Positions 46,386 to 55,125 of a DNA stretch of 56,031 nt are shown piece after piece. The notes under the pieces were generated by a model that was not told where the DNA came from, did no database searches, and saw only the letters and a list, made by a program, of their open reading frames with translations. Both the position numbers and the translations under genes were made by a program. The stretch's first letter is position 1, and every line of letters begins with the position of its first letter. Source of the stretch: an uncultured Gammaproteobacteria bacterium (GTDB taxonomy: Bacteria > Pseudomonadota > Gammaproteobacteria > Arenicellales > JAANXG01); assembly GCA_947259955.1 (NCBI GenBank), contig CAMYOI010000053.1, positions 1 through 56,031 on the forward strand, in the 5' to 3' direction.

Positions 46386-46831
46386 GACTGATCACCCCGC
46401 GATTCATTCTGCTTGTGTCCGTTTCACTGGCGGCGGCCGGTGTTGGCAGCGGGCATGCACAGCTTGCCGCGAGCAGCAAGGCGGCGGGGCTGGAGCAGTG
46501 CGTCGAGCCGACCGCGTTCATGCGCAAGAACCACATGGAAGTCCTGCTGCACCAGCGGGACAAAACCACGCGCGAGGGGATCCGCACTCCGGATCACAGT
46601 CTGGTCGAGTGCGTGTCATGCCACGCCGGCCGGGATGACGACGGTAATTTCGTTCCGATCAATGCAAGGGGTCAGTTCTGCGCGGACTGCCACACCAGCG
46701 TTGCGGTTGATATCGATTGCTTCCAGTGCCATGCCACGCGGCCGGAGGCTGACGCACGCGGCGGCGAACACCCGGCGATTGCATGGACCCCCGCGTATGC
46801 GGCTGCGCAATACTGTCTGAAGATGGATTGA
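46346..46831 (+). CDS. dsrJ: DsrJ, trihaem cytochrome c (start codon uncertain)
   Basis: Three heme motifs are present: CVSCH, CADCH and CFQCH. The hydrophobic N-terminus reads 'LITPRFILLVSVSLAAAGVG'. The nearest canonical in-frame start is GTG 46346, inside dsrL. No ATG/GTG/TTG follows the strong RBS GGGGGAG at 46376-82. Confidence 0.75.
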   Translation: MPHGLYRHGYGGVGLITPRFILLVSVSLAAAGVGSGHAQLAASSKAAGLEQCVEPTAFMRKNHMEVLLHQRDKTTREGIRTPDHSLVECVSCHAGRDDDGNFVPINARGQFCADCHTSVAVDIDCFQCHATRPEADARGGEHPAIAWTPAYAAAQYCLKMD

Positions 46832-46834
46832 TCC

Positions 46835-47584
46835 ATGCAGCGTAACGACGACAAGGATAGAGCGAGCCGCCGGTCCTTCTTCACTCACGTTTCTGCGGGT
46901 GTCGCCCTGCTCGCGCTGGCCCCTGGATTCCGGCTGATCGATCTGGCGGTGGGCAAGAACGACGACGAACCGGCTAGACCAGACGTACGCTGGGGGATGT
47001 TCGTCGACACGACCCGTTGCGCCGAGGGTTGCACGGATTGCGTGGACGCATGCAACACGGAGCACGGACTGCGCGGATTCGATCGACCGCTGACAGATGC
47101 GCAGTGGATCAGAAAGCTCGACCTCGAAGATGATCAGACCGGACAGACCTGGTCGCTGCCGATGATGTGCCAGCACTGCGAAAGCCCGCCCTGCGTCGAT
47201 GTTTGTCCCACCGGTGCATCGTTCGTCCGCGACGACGGCATCGTGCTGGTAGACAAGCACACGTGTATCGGCTGTCGCTATTGCATGATGGCGTGCCCCT
47301 ACAAGGCGAGATCTTTCATCCATGAAGACCTGACCGACCAAAGGCCCCATTCGCCGCGCGGTAAGGGTACCGTGGAGAGCTGTAATTTTTGTGTGCACCG
47401 TGTGGATGGGAATCGTCTGCCCGCCTGCGTCGAGGCCTGCTCCGATGCGGGCCACAAGGCGCTGGTCTTCGGCGATATGAACGACGCTGAAAGCACGGTG
47501 TCGAAACGGTTTTCCACGATGCAAACCACTCAGGTGCGCGACGACCTGGGCCTCAACACCGCGGTCCGTTACCACGGGGTCTGA
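46835..47584 (+). CDS. dsrO: DsrO, periplasmic 4x[4Fe-4S] ferredoxin subunit
   Basis: Tat signal is 'SRRSFFTHVSAGVALLAL'. Cys clusters are 'CQHCESPPCVDVCP', 'CIGCRYCMMACP' and 'CNFCVHR'. Confidence 0.92.
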   Translation: MQRNDDKDRASRRSFFTHVSAGVALLALAPGFRLIDLAVGKNDDEPARPDVRWGMFVDTTRCAEGCTDCVDACNTEHGLRGFDRPLTDAQWIRKLDLEDDQTGQTWSLPMMCQHCESPPCVDVCPTGASFVRDDGIVLVDKHTCIGCRYCMMACPYKARSFIHEDLTDQRPHSPRGKGTVESCNFCVHRVDGNRLPACVEACSDAGHKALVFGDMNDAESTVSKRFSTMQTTQVRDDLGLNTAVRYHGV

Positions 47585-48786
47585 TGATGGAAGCGGCGCG
47601 CCAGCGTTACCGGACCCTGGAGATCGATGCGGGCAAATACTGGTTAACGCTTGCCGTGCTCGGCGCCGCGATTGGCGTCGGACTGATGGCGGCGTACTAC
47701 ATGGAGCATCACGGCCACTGGGTGACCGGGATGTCCAATCAGATCGTGTGGGGCATGCCGCACGTCTTCGCCATCCTGCTGATCGTGGCCGCGTCCGGTG
47801 CGCTCAACGTGGCCTCGATGGGTTCGGTGTTCGGCGAAGCGCGCTACAAGCCCCTGTCCAGGATCTCGGGCCTGATCGCGGTGGCGCTGCTCGTGGGCGG
47901 GCTGCTCATCCTGGTGCTGGATCTGGGCCGGCCCGACCGGCTGATCGTGGCCATGACGACATACAATTTCAAATCGATCTTTGCATGGAACATCTTTCTG
48001 TACACCGGTTTCGTTGTAATCGCGGTTGTTTATCTTTGGATGCTTTTCGAACCGCGCATGGGGCGCTTCTCCAGCCGGGTCGGGATCCTGGCGTTCGTCT
48101 GGAGGATAGTGCTGACCACCGGTACGGGTTCCATCTTCGGATTTCTGGTGGCCCGCAATGCCTACGACGCGGCGATCATGGCGCCCCTGTTCGTGGCGAT
48201 GTCGCTGTCTGTCGGCACCGCCCTGTTCATGCTGATAACGTGCGCCGTGCTGCGAATGAATAATGAGGATATTGCGGCAGAATGGCTCCTCCGGCTCCGC
48301 AGGTTGAACGGAATCTTCGTGGCCGCGGTGCTATATTTCACTATCGTTCAGATCGTCGCCGGTATGTACGTTGCGGAGCACGGAGAAATCGTGCGGTTCA
48401 TTCTGTCGGACGGCGGCTCGATCACGGGCATTTTCTGGATTGGGCAGATTCTGATCGGCAGCGTGCTGCCGATGATCCTCTTTTTCCATCCTCGCCTGGC
48501 CGAAATGCGCTGGATCATGACAGCCGCGATGCTCGTCGTCATCGGGGCGGTTGCACACCTGTACGTGATCATCATAGGCGGCCAGGCCGTCCCGATGGAA
48601 CTGTTTCCCGGCAAGACCGAATTAAGCAGCTTCTACGACGGCGTCGTCGCCGGCTACAGTCCCAGCGTGCCGGAATTGCTGCTGGGCCTCGGCGGAATCG
48701 CCGTTTCCCTGTTTCTGATTGTCGTCGCGCTGCGGGTCCTGCCGTTTCTGCCGGCTGCACCGGCCCCGCAGAAGTCTCCCCGCTGA
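47584..48786 (+). CDS. dsrP: DsrP, NrfD/PsrC-like integral membrane quinone-interacting subunit
   Basis: 400 aa with about 10 TM helices. Its ATG overlaps the dsrO TGA (ATGA). Confidence 0.9.
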   Translation: MMEAARQRYRTLEIDAGKYWLTLAVLGAAIGVGLMAAYYMEHHGHWVTGMSNQIVWGMPHVFAILLIVAASGALNVASMGSVFGEARYKPLSRISGLIAVALLVGGLLILVLDLGRPDRLIVAMTTYNFKSIFAWNIFLYTGFVVIAVVYLWMLFEPRMGRFSSRVGILAFVWRIVLTTGTGSIFGFLVARNAYDAAIMAPLFVAMSLSVGTALFMLITCAVLRMNNEDIAAEWLLRLRRLNGIFVAAVLYFTIVQIVAGMYVAEHGEIVRFILSDGGSITGIFWIGQILIGSVLPMILFFHPRLAEMRWIMTAAMLVVIGAVAHLYVIIIGGQAVPMELFPGKTELSSFYDGVVAGYSPSVPELLLGLGGIAVSLFLIVVALRVLPFLPAAPAPQKSPR

Positions 48787-48798
48787 GAGGGTGTATCG

Positions 48799-50205
48799 AT
48801 GTCCGCTGTACTGATTACGGCAACCCGTAAGTCCTCCGGCAAGACCTCGTTCAGCCTGGGGCTTGCCGCCGCACTGCATGAGCGCGGCCACCGGGTGCAG
48901 ACGTTCAAGAAGGGCCCCGACTATATCGATCCGATGTGGCTTTCCCGGGCCAGTCATCGGCCGTGCTTCAACCTCGATTTTTATACCATGCCGCATTCCG
49001 GGATCAGGGAGCTGTATCGCAAGCACAGCTGCGGCGCGGATAGGGTGATCGTGGAAGGCAACAAAGGGCTGCACGACGGAATGGCCGTAGACGGCAGCGA
49101 CTCGACGGCGGCATTGGCCGCACTGCTCGACCTCCCCGTAATCCTGCTGGTAGACACGAGCGGGATTACGCGTGGCGTCGCGCCGTTGGTGCGGGGGTAC
49201 CAGGGCTTCGAACCCATGGCCCGCATCGCGGGCATCGTGCTGAACAAGGTGGCAGGGGTCAGGCACGAGCGCAAGCTGCGGGACGCGATGGAGCGCTACA
49301 GCGATATCCCGGTGCTCGGTGCGATCGGTCGACACGCGGACATGGAGATCGAGGAGCGGCATATCGGGCTGGTACCGAGCAGTGAGGATCTGAGCGCCAT
49401 GACCAGAATCTCGGCCATCTCACGGATCGTTACGGATTCGGTTGATGTGGACACCATTGTGGAAAAGTCTGAATCACCCCCGCATCCCGATCTCACAGCC
49501 GTCGCCAGTGCCGAATCGGGGAGTGTCGGGCGGATACGAATCGGGGTCGCGCGCGACAGGGCATTTTGTTTCTACTATCCGGATGACTTAGAGGCTATGA
49601 ACCGGCTCGGTGCCGAGATCGTCACCATCGACACGCTGCGCGACAGGACGCTGCCTGAGGTGGACGCGCTATTTATAGGCGGGGGCTTCCCTGAACTGCA
49701 CCTCGACGCACTGGCCAGGAATACGGGCCTGAAATCCGACATCAAGCGCTTCATCGATGACGGCAGACCCGTCTATGCCGAATGCGGCGGACTGATGTAC
49801 CTTTGCCGGGACATTACTTTCAAGGGCGTGACGCGTCCGATGGTCGGAGCGCTGGCGGCCAACGCCGTCATGCAGACCCGGCCCGTCGGGAGGGGGTACG
49901 TGCGACTCAAAGAGGCGGAGCATCACCCCTGGCCGCCAGTGGGCGGCGGCATCGATCGCGAACTGCCGGCGCACGAATTCCATTATTCCAGACTCGATAA
50001 TCTGGGTGCCGACGTGGATTTCGCCTACGACGTCGTCAGGGGCGCCGGCATCAGGGACGGCAAGGACGGGCTGGTGCACAAGAACACGTTGGCTACTTAC
50101 AGTCACCATCGAAACGTCGGGGACAACCACTGGGTCGAGCGGTTTATCCGGCACATCGACAAGTGCAAGGGCGAAAATTCCGTAGTGCGGACGGCCGCAC
50201 TTTAA
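48799..50205 (+). CDS. dsrN: DsrN, cobyrinic-acid a,c-diamide synthase-like siroheme amidase
   Basis: P-loop is 'TRKSSGKTSFSLGL'. The C-terminal glutamine-amidotransferase motif is 'YAECGGLMYL'. Length is 468 aa. Confidence 0.9.
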   Translation: MSAVLITATRKSSGKTSFSLGLAAALHERGHRVQTFKKGPDYIDPMWLSRASHRPCFNLDFYTMPHSGIRELYRKHSCGADRVIVEGNKGLHDGMAVDGSDSTAALAALLDLPVILLVDTSGITRGVAPLVRGYQGFEPMARIAGIVLNKVAGVRHERKLRDAMERYSDIPVLGAIGRHADMEIEERHIGLVPSSEDLSAMTRISAISRIVTDSVDVDTIVEKSESPPHPDLTAVASAESGSVGRIRIGVARDRAFCFYYPDDLEAMNRLGAEIVTIDTLRDRTLPEVDALFIGGGFPELHLDALARNTGLKSDIKRFIDDGRPVYAECGGLMYLCRDITFKGVTRPMVGALAANAVMQTRPVGRGYVRLKEAEHHPWPPVGGGIDRELPAHEFHYSRLDNLGADVDFAYDVVRGAGIRDGKDGLVHKNTLATYSHHRNVGDNHWVERFIRHIDKCKGENSVVRTAAL

Positions 50206-50231
50206 ACCCAGGACTGCAGACAGGAGCGGAC

Positions 50232-50552
50232 ATGGCACTGGTGATAACGGAGGGCGCGGCGCGGCAGATACTGCAATCCGCGCAGCAAAGCGGGCAGTCG
50301 GGTTCCGATTTGCGAATTGCCGCTAAAAGACGGGCGGACGGCAGCATTGAATACGCAATGGGGTTCGACGACAAACAAACGGAAGACGTACAGGTCAACT
50401 GGCACGGGGTGAATGTGATCGTGGCACCCACCAGCACCGAACTGCTGTCCGGTACGACCCTCGACTATGTCGAACTGGAAGCCGGAAAGCACGAGTTCAT
50501 ATTCATGAACCCCAACGACCCCCACTACGTTCCTCCAGACGAGGAAGGATAG
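50232..50552 (+). CDS. dsrR: DsrR, IscA/HesB-like protein lacking the Fe-S-ligating cysteines
   Basis: ORF track gives 50163..50552. ATG 50232 has the RBS CAGGAG. The IscA-like sequence (MALVITEGAARQIL...GTTLDYVE...FIFMNPN) contains no Cys, and the gene follows dsrN. Confidence 0.85.
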   Translation: MALVITEGAARQILQSAQQSGQSGSDLRIAAKRRADGSIEYAMGFDDKQTEDVQVNWHGVNVIVAPTSTELLSGTTLDYVELEAGKHEFIFMNPNDPHYVPPDEEG

Positions 50553-50573
50553 ATCAAACATGCTCGGAAAAAT

Positions 50574-50654
50574 CGGCGCGGGGCGCGCCTCCTACAATGT
50601 ACCTGGACGCTACTCCAACGGGTCCAACGGGTAGGAGCGGCGCCCTCGCCGCGA
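50574..50654. repeat. REP-like inverted pair (arm cggcgcggggcgcgcctcctac, 35-nt spacer, GTAGGAGCGGCGCCCTCGCCGCGA) between convergent dsrR and sat
   Basis: The left arm at 50574..50595 is the imperfect reverse complement of the right arm at 50631..50654. It belongs to the same family as 7791..7878 and 14265..14288 and may act as a bidirectional terminator. Confidence 0.7.
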
Positions 50655-50659
50655 TCTTC

Positions 50660-51847
50660 CTAACCTAATCCGCTGTAATAATCCACTAGGATCTTCGCCA
50701 CCTCCGGGCGCGAGAACTCGGGCGGGGGTGCAATGCCGTTGCCCAGCATTTCGCGGACTTTGGTGCCGGACAATAATACGAAGTCGTCTTTGGTGTGATC
50801 CGGTGCATCCCGCATCATGACCACTTTGTTGAGTTTTTTCGAGTACGCGGTGTGGTCGGCACGAAAAATTTCGATCTCCAGGGCACCCTCGGGAACCTCG
50901 TCATCAAAGATCGTCTGGGCGTCGAACGCACCGTAGTAGTCACCGACACCGGCATGGTCACGGCCGATAATGAAGTAGTTGGCGCCCATGTTCTGCCGGA
51001 ACACCGCGTGCAGGACCGCCTCGCGGGGTCCGGCGTACAGCATGTCGAATCCGTAGCCGGTGATCATTGCCGTATTGGGTTCGAAATAGAGGTCGACCAT
51101 CTTGCGTATCGCCGCATCTCTAACCGGTGCAGGAATATCTCCAGGCTTGAGCTTGCCGAGCAGCATGTGGATGACCACGCCGTCTGCGTTGACCGCTTCC
51201 ATCGCGATCTTGCACAGTTCCTCGTGGGCGCGGTGCATCGGGTTCCTGGTTTGGAACGCGACCACCCGGTCCCATCCGCGAGACTGAATCTCTTCGCGGA
51301 TCTGAACTGCCGTCCTGAACGTCTCCGGAAAATCCGTCTCGAAGTAGCTGAAGTTCAACACATGAAGCGGGCCTGAGAGGATGTATCTGCCCTGTTCCAG
51401 AAAAGCCTTTACACCCGGGTGTTCGGTATCCGAGGTGCGATAAATCTTGCTGATCATGGCCTCGAGGTCGCCGTCGCTCACGGTTTCCACGGCATTGATG
51501 TCCATGACGGCAAGAACCGGGGTTCCTTCACGATTGGGGTCGCGCAGGGCGATACGATCCGCGCCCTCGATCGGGGTGACGTCCCGGAGCATGTTGAGAA
51601 TCGGCACGGGAAAGAAAACGCCGCTGGTGTTGGTCATGCTGTGACAAACCGACAGCGCGTCGGTGCGATCCATGAATCCGGTGAGCGGATTGAAATATCC
51701 GCCCCCCAGCATCACGGCATTCGAAGCTGTGGCTGAACTAATGACCACGGAGGGAAGGCTCTCCGCCTCGTCCAGCAATGTTTTTCGCTCCGCGGCGTCA
51801 TAGACGTACAGGGGATTGAGCTCCGTGGAGCCGTGGGGGTTTATCAT
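50660..51847 (-). CDS. sat: sulfate adenylyltransferase (ATP sulfurylase, dissimilatory type)
   Basis: ATP-sulfurylase motifs 'QTRNPMHRAHEEL' and 'GRDHAGVG' are present. Length is 395 aa. Confidence 0.92.
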   Translation of the reverse strand: MINPHGSTELNPLYVYDAAERKTLLDEAESLPSVVISSATASNAVMLGGGYFNPLTGFMDRTDALSVCHSMTNTSGVFFPVPILNMLRDVTPIEGADRIALRDPNREGTPVLAVMDINAVETVSDGDLEAMISKIYRTSDTEHPGVKAFLEQGRYILSGPLHVLNFSYFETDFPETFRTAVQIREEIQSRGWDRVVAFQTRNPMHRAHEELCKIAMEAVNADGVVIHMLLGKLKPGDIPAPVRDAAIRKMVDLYFEPNTAMITGYGFDMLYAGPREAVLHAVFRQNMGANYFIIGRDHAGVGDYYGAFDAQTIFDDEVPEGALEIEIFRADHTAYSKKLNKVVMMRDAPDHTKDDFVLLSGTKVREMLGNGIAPPPEFSRPEVAKILVDYYSGLG

Positions 51848-51939
51848 CTCGATTCTCTGTTGTTGTGTCTTAATCTACCGAAGACACTACCTCATATCCA
51901 CCTAAACCAAAATCCATATATCTTATGACGGGATAAGCG

Positions 51940-54900
51940 TCAGCCGGTGCGTGATTTACCCGCCAGCGCGCTGTAGTAAAGGATGGGGATCACGATCAGT
52001 GTCAGCACGGTGGAAACGACGATACCGGATATCAGCGAGACCGCCAGCCCGTTGAATATCGGGTCATCCAGAATGAAGAACGCGCCCATCATTGCCGCGA
52101 TGCCGGTCAGTATGATCGGTTTGGCGCGCACCGTCCCGGATAGTTTTACCGCCTCTTCCAACGGCATACCGTCGCGCACCTTCTCGTTGATGAAGTCCAC
52201 CAGCAGGATGGAGTTTCGGACAATGATGCCGGCAAGCGCGATCATCCCGATCATGGATGTCGCGGTGAACTTGGCCCCCATGAGCGCGTGTCCGGGCAGG
52301 ACGCCGATGATGGTCAGGGGAATCGGCGCCATGATGATCAATGGCGTGAGGTACGACCTGAACTGGCCAACCACCAGCAGATAGATCAGCAATATGCCCA
52401 CGGCGTAAGCGATGCCCATGTCGCGGAACGTTTCATAGGTCACCTGCCACTCGCCGTCCCACTTGAGGCTGTACGCGTAGGGCGTAGTGGGAACATCGAC
52501 CAGGTACTGCTCGGGACCCTCGCCCGATTCCTCTATTTTCTGATAGATTTCGAACATGCCGTACAGCGGGCTGTCCGTGCTGCCGGCCATGTCGGCGGTT
52601 ACGTAGACCACGGGCTGAAGATCTTTGTGATAGACCGCGTTGTCGCGCGGTTCGGCCCGTATCTCGACGAACTCACCCAGCGGCACCATGCCGGTGCTGC
52701 CGCGGACCTTGAATGCCCGAAGACTCTCGAGACTTGCCTTGTCGGCAACCGAAAGTTCCAAGCGTATAGGCACGGCGTACTTGAGGTGCGTGTCGCGCAA
52801 GAATGACACGTCGTCGCCGCCGGTAAATACCGACACCGCTCTCGTTACCGATTCCTGGCTGATCCCGAACTGCGCGGCACGCTGCCGGTCGACTACGATT
52901 TTCAGCCTCCGGGCGGGGTATTCGATGGTGTCGTCGATATCGACGATGTCCGCGGTCTGAGCGAACAGATCGCGCACCCTGCCCGCCGTAGATTTTTGAC
53001 CGGCGTAGTCCAGACCGTAGATTTCGGCAACGAGCGGGGCGAAAACAGGCGGGCCGGGCGGCACCTCGACGACCTTTATGGCGGCATCGAAGGAAGCGGC
53101 GATCGGCTGCACGCGCTGGCGTATTTCCAGCGCAATATCGTGGCTCTTTCGCCGCCGCTCCGACTTTGGATCAAGATTGATCTGGATCTCCCCCAGGTGC
53201 GCGTCCGTGCGGAGGTAATATTGCCGAACCAGTCCGTTGAATCCGATCGGGGCGGGCGTGCCCGCATAGCTCTGATAGTTGTCTACCTCGGAAACGAGAG
53301 CGACTTCACTGCCCAGTGCGTCGAGGACGCGGTTGGTGTGCTCCACGCTGCTGCCTTCCCGCATATCGACTACGATCTGTATCTCGGATTTGTCATCGAA
53401 CGGCAGCATTTTCAGGATGACCGCTTCGGTGACCACCAGTGACATGGACACTCCGATTGCCGCCAAAATGCCTAACCCCAGTAGAAGCCGCTTGAGGCGT
53501 GCCCGGGGGGTATCGAGAAAAGGGCTCAGCAGGGCGTCGAAGAACCCCCTGATGGGACCTCCTTCGGGCGAGTGTTTGTCAGATCCATGGGAGGGCTTCA
53601 TCAAGCGTAAGCACAGCCAGGGCGTGATGGTCAACGCCACAAAGAGCGATATGATCATGCCGGTACTGGCGTTGATGGGTATGGGGCTCATGTAGGGACC
53701 CATCAGCCCGCTCACGAAAGCCATCGGCATCAGTGCCGCAACGACCGTAAATGTGGCCAGTATGGTGGGGCCGCCTACCTCGTCCACCGCGGACGGGATC
53801 ACTTGGTTGAGGGAGCCGCCTCCCGTCATGCCGCGTCGGTGGATGTTTTCCACGATGACGATGGCATCATCGACCAGGATGCCTATGGAAAATATCAACG
53901 CGAACAGCGATACACGATTGATGGTGAAGCCCCAGACCCAGGAAGCAAACAGAGTGGCGGCCAGGGTAACGAACACGGCCGCGCCAACGATAGCGGCTTC
54001 TCGCCAGCCCATGGTGAGCCACACGAGCGCCACTACTGAAAGCGTAGCGAAAACCAGTTTCTGAATGAGTTTCCTGGCCTTGGCGTCCGCCGTCTCTCCA
54101 TAATTTCGGGTGATTTCCACGTTGACGGTTTGCGGAATCACGATGCCTTGCAACTGATCGAGCCGGTCGATAACGCTGTGGGCGATGTTCACCGCATTGG
54201 TGCCGGGTTTCTTGGCTACGGCGATGGTTACCGCCGGGTAACTTTGATGCGTTGTCCCGGATACCACCGTGTGCTGTACATATTCCTCGGGCTGGTAGGG
54301 GCCGTAGTGCACGTCGGCTACATCGTCCAGATAGACCGGCATGCCTTCCTTGAGCCCAACGACGAGTCCGGCGATCTGTTCCGCATCGGTCAGGAAAGCT
54401 CCCGCTTTGACCGGGATCGACTGGTTGTCCCGAACGATGCTGCCGGCATCCGCGGACACATTGCTGGCGATCAGGGAACGCCGCAGGTCCTCCACGGCGA
54501 TGCCGTATCCCGCCATATTCTGTGCATCGAGCAGCACGTGAACCGCCTGCTCCGGAGCACCCACGGTGTAGATGTCCCGGGTTCCGGGCACTTTTTTCAG
54601 CTCCACCTCCAGGGCGTGGCCGATACGGGCCAGTTCGTATGCCCCCAGCGCCGGGTCGTCCGACCATAGCGTTACATTGACGATGGGAACATCGTCGATG
54701 CCCTTGGGCTTGACTATGGGCTGGCCGACCCCGAGCGACGGGGGGAACCAGTCGCTATTGGAAAACACCTTGTTGTACAGCCGTACGATCGCTTCCGTCC
54801 TTTGTTCGCCCACCTTGAACCTGACCGTTACGATTGACATGCCGGGTCTGGATTGCGAATAGACGTGCTTGATGCCGCTGATCTCCGACAGTATCTGCTC

Positions 54901-55125
54901 CGCCGGAATGGTGACCAGTTTCTCGACCTCCGCCGCGCTGGCGCCGGGGAAAGGTATGAAAACGTCGGCAAAGGTCACGTTGATCTGAGGCTCTTCTTCC
55001 CGGGGCGTCAGCAGTACGGCAAACACACCAAGCAGAACGCCCCCCAGCATAATCAGCGGCGTCAATTCTGAATGCAGAAATGCCGCGGCCATTCGCCCCG
55101 CGATGCCGTGCCGCCTCTCGTTCAT
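51940..55125 (-). CDS. RND-family efflux transporter, inner-membrane permease subunit (AcrB/CzcA type)
   Basis: 1061 aa. It has the typical 12-TM layout with two large periplasmic loops. Its ATG overlaps the adaptor gene stop (ATGA at 55122-55125). Confidence 0.9.
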   Translation of the reverse strand: MNERRHGIAGRMAAAFLHSELTPLIMLGGVLLGVFAVLLTPREEEPQINVTFADVFIPFPGASAAEVEKLVTIPAEQILSEISGIKHVYSQSRPGMSIVTVRFKVGEQRTEAIVRLYNKVFSNSDWFPPSLGVGQPIVKPKGIDDVPIVNVTLWSDDPALGAYELARIGHALEVELKKVPGTRDIYTVGAPEQAVHVLLDAQNMAGYGIAVEDLRRSLIASNVSADAGSIVRDNQSIPVKAGAFLTDAEQIAGLVVGLKEGMPVYLDDVADVHYGPYQPEEYVQHTVVSGTTHQSYPAVTIAVAKKPGTNAVNIAHSVIDRLDQLQGIVIPQTVNVEITRNYGETADAKARKLIQKLVFATLSVVALVWLTMGWREAAIVGAAVFVTLAATLFASWVWGFTINRVSLFALIFSIGILVDDAIVIVENIHRRGMTGGGSLNQVIPSAVDEVGGPTILATFTVVAALMPMAFVSGLMGPYMSPIPINASTGMIISLFVALTITPWLCLRLMKPSHGSDKHSPEGGPIRGFFDALLSPFLDTPRARLKRLLLGLGILAAIGVSMSLVVTEAVILKMLPFDDKSEIQIVVDMREGSSVEHTNRVLDALGSEVALVSEVDNYQSYAGTPAPIGFNGLVRQYYLRTDAHLGEIQINLDPKSERRRKSHDIALEIRQRVQPIAASFDAAIKVVEVPPGPPVFAPLVAEIYGLDYAGQKSTAGRVRDLFAQTADIVDIDDTIEYPARRLKIVVDRQRAAQFGISQESVTRAVSVFTGGDDVSFLRDTHLKYAVPIRLELSVADKASLESLRAFKVRGSTGMVPLGEFVEIRAEPRDNAVYHKDLQPVVYVTADMAGSTDSPLYGMFEIYQKIEESGEGPEQYLVDVPTTPYAYSLKWDGEWQVTYETFRDMGIAYAVGILLIYLLVVGQFRSYLTPLIIMAPIPLTIIGVLPGHALMGAKFTATSMIGMIALAGIIVRNSILLVDFINEKVRDGMPLEEAVKLSGTVRAKPIILTGIAAMMGAFFILDDPIFNGLAVSLISGIVVSTVLTLIVIPILYYSALAGKSRTG

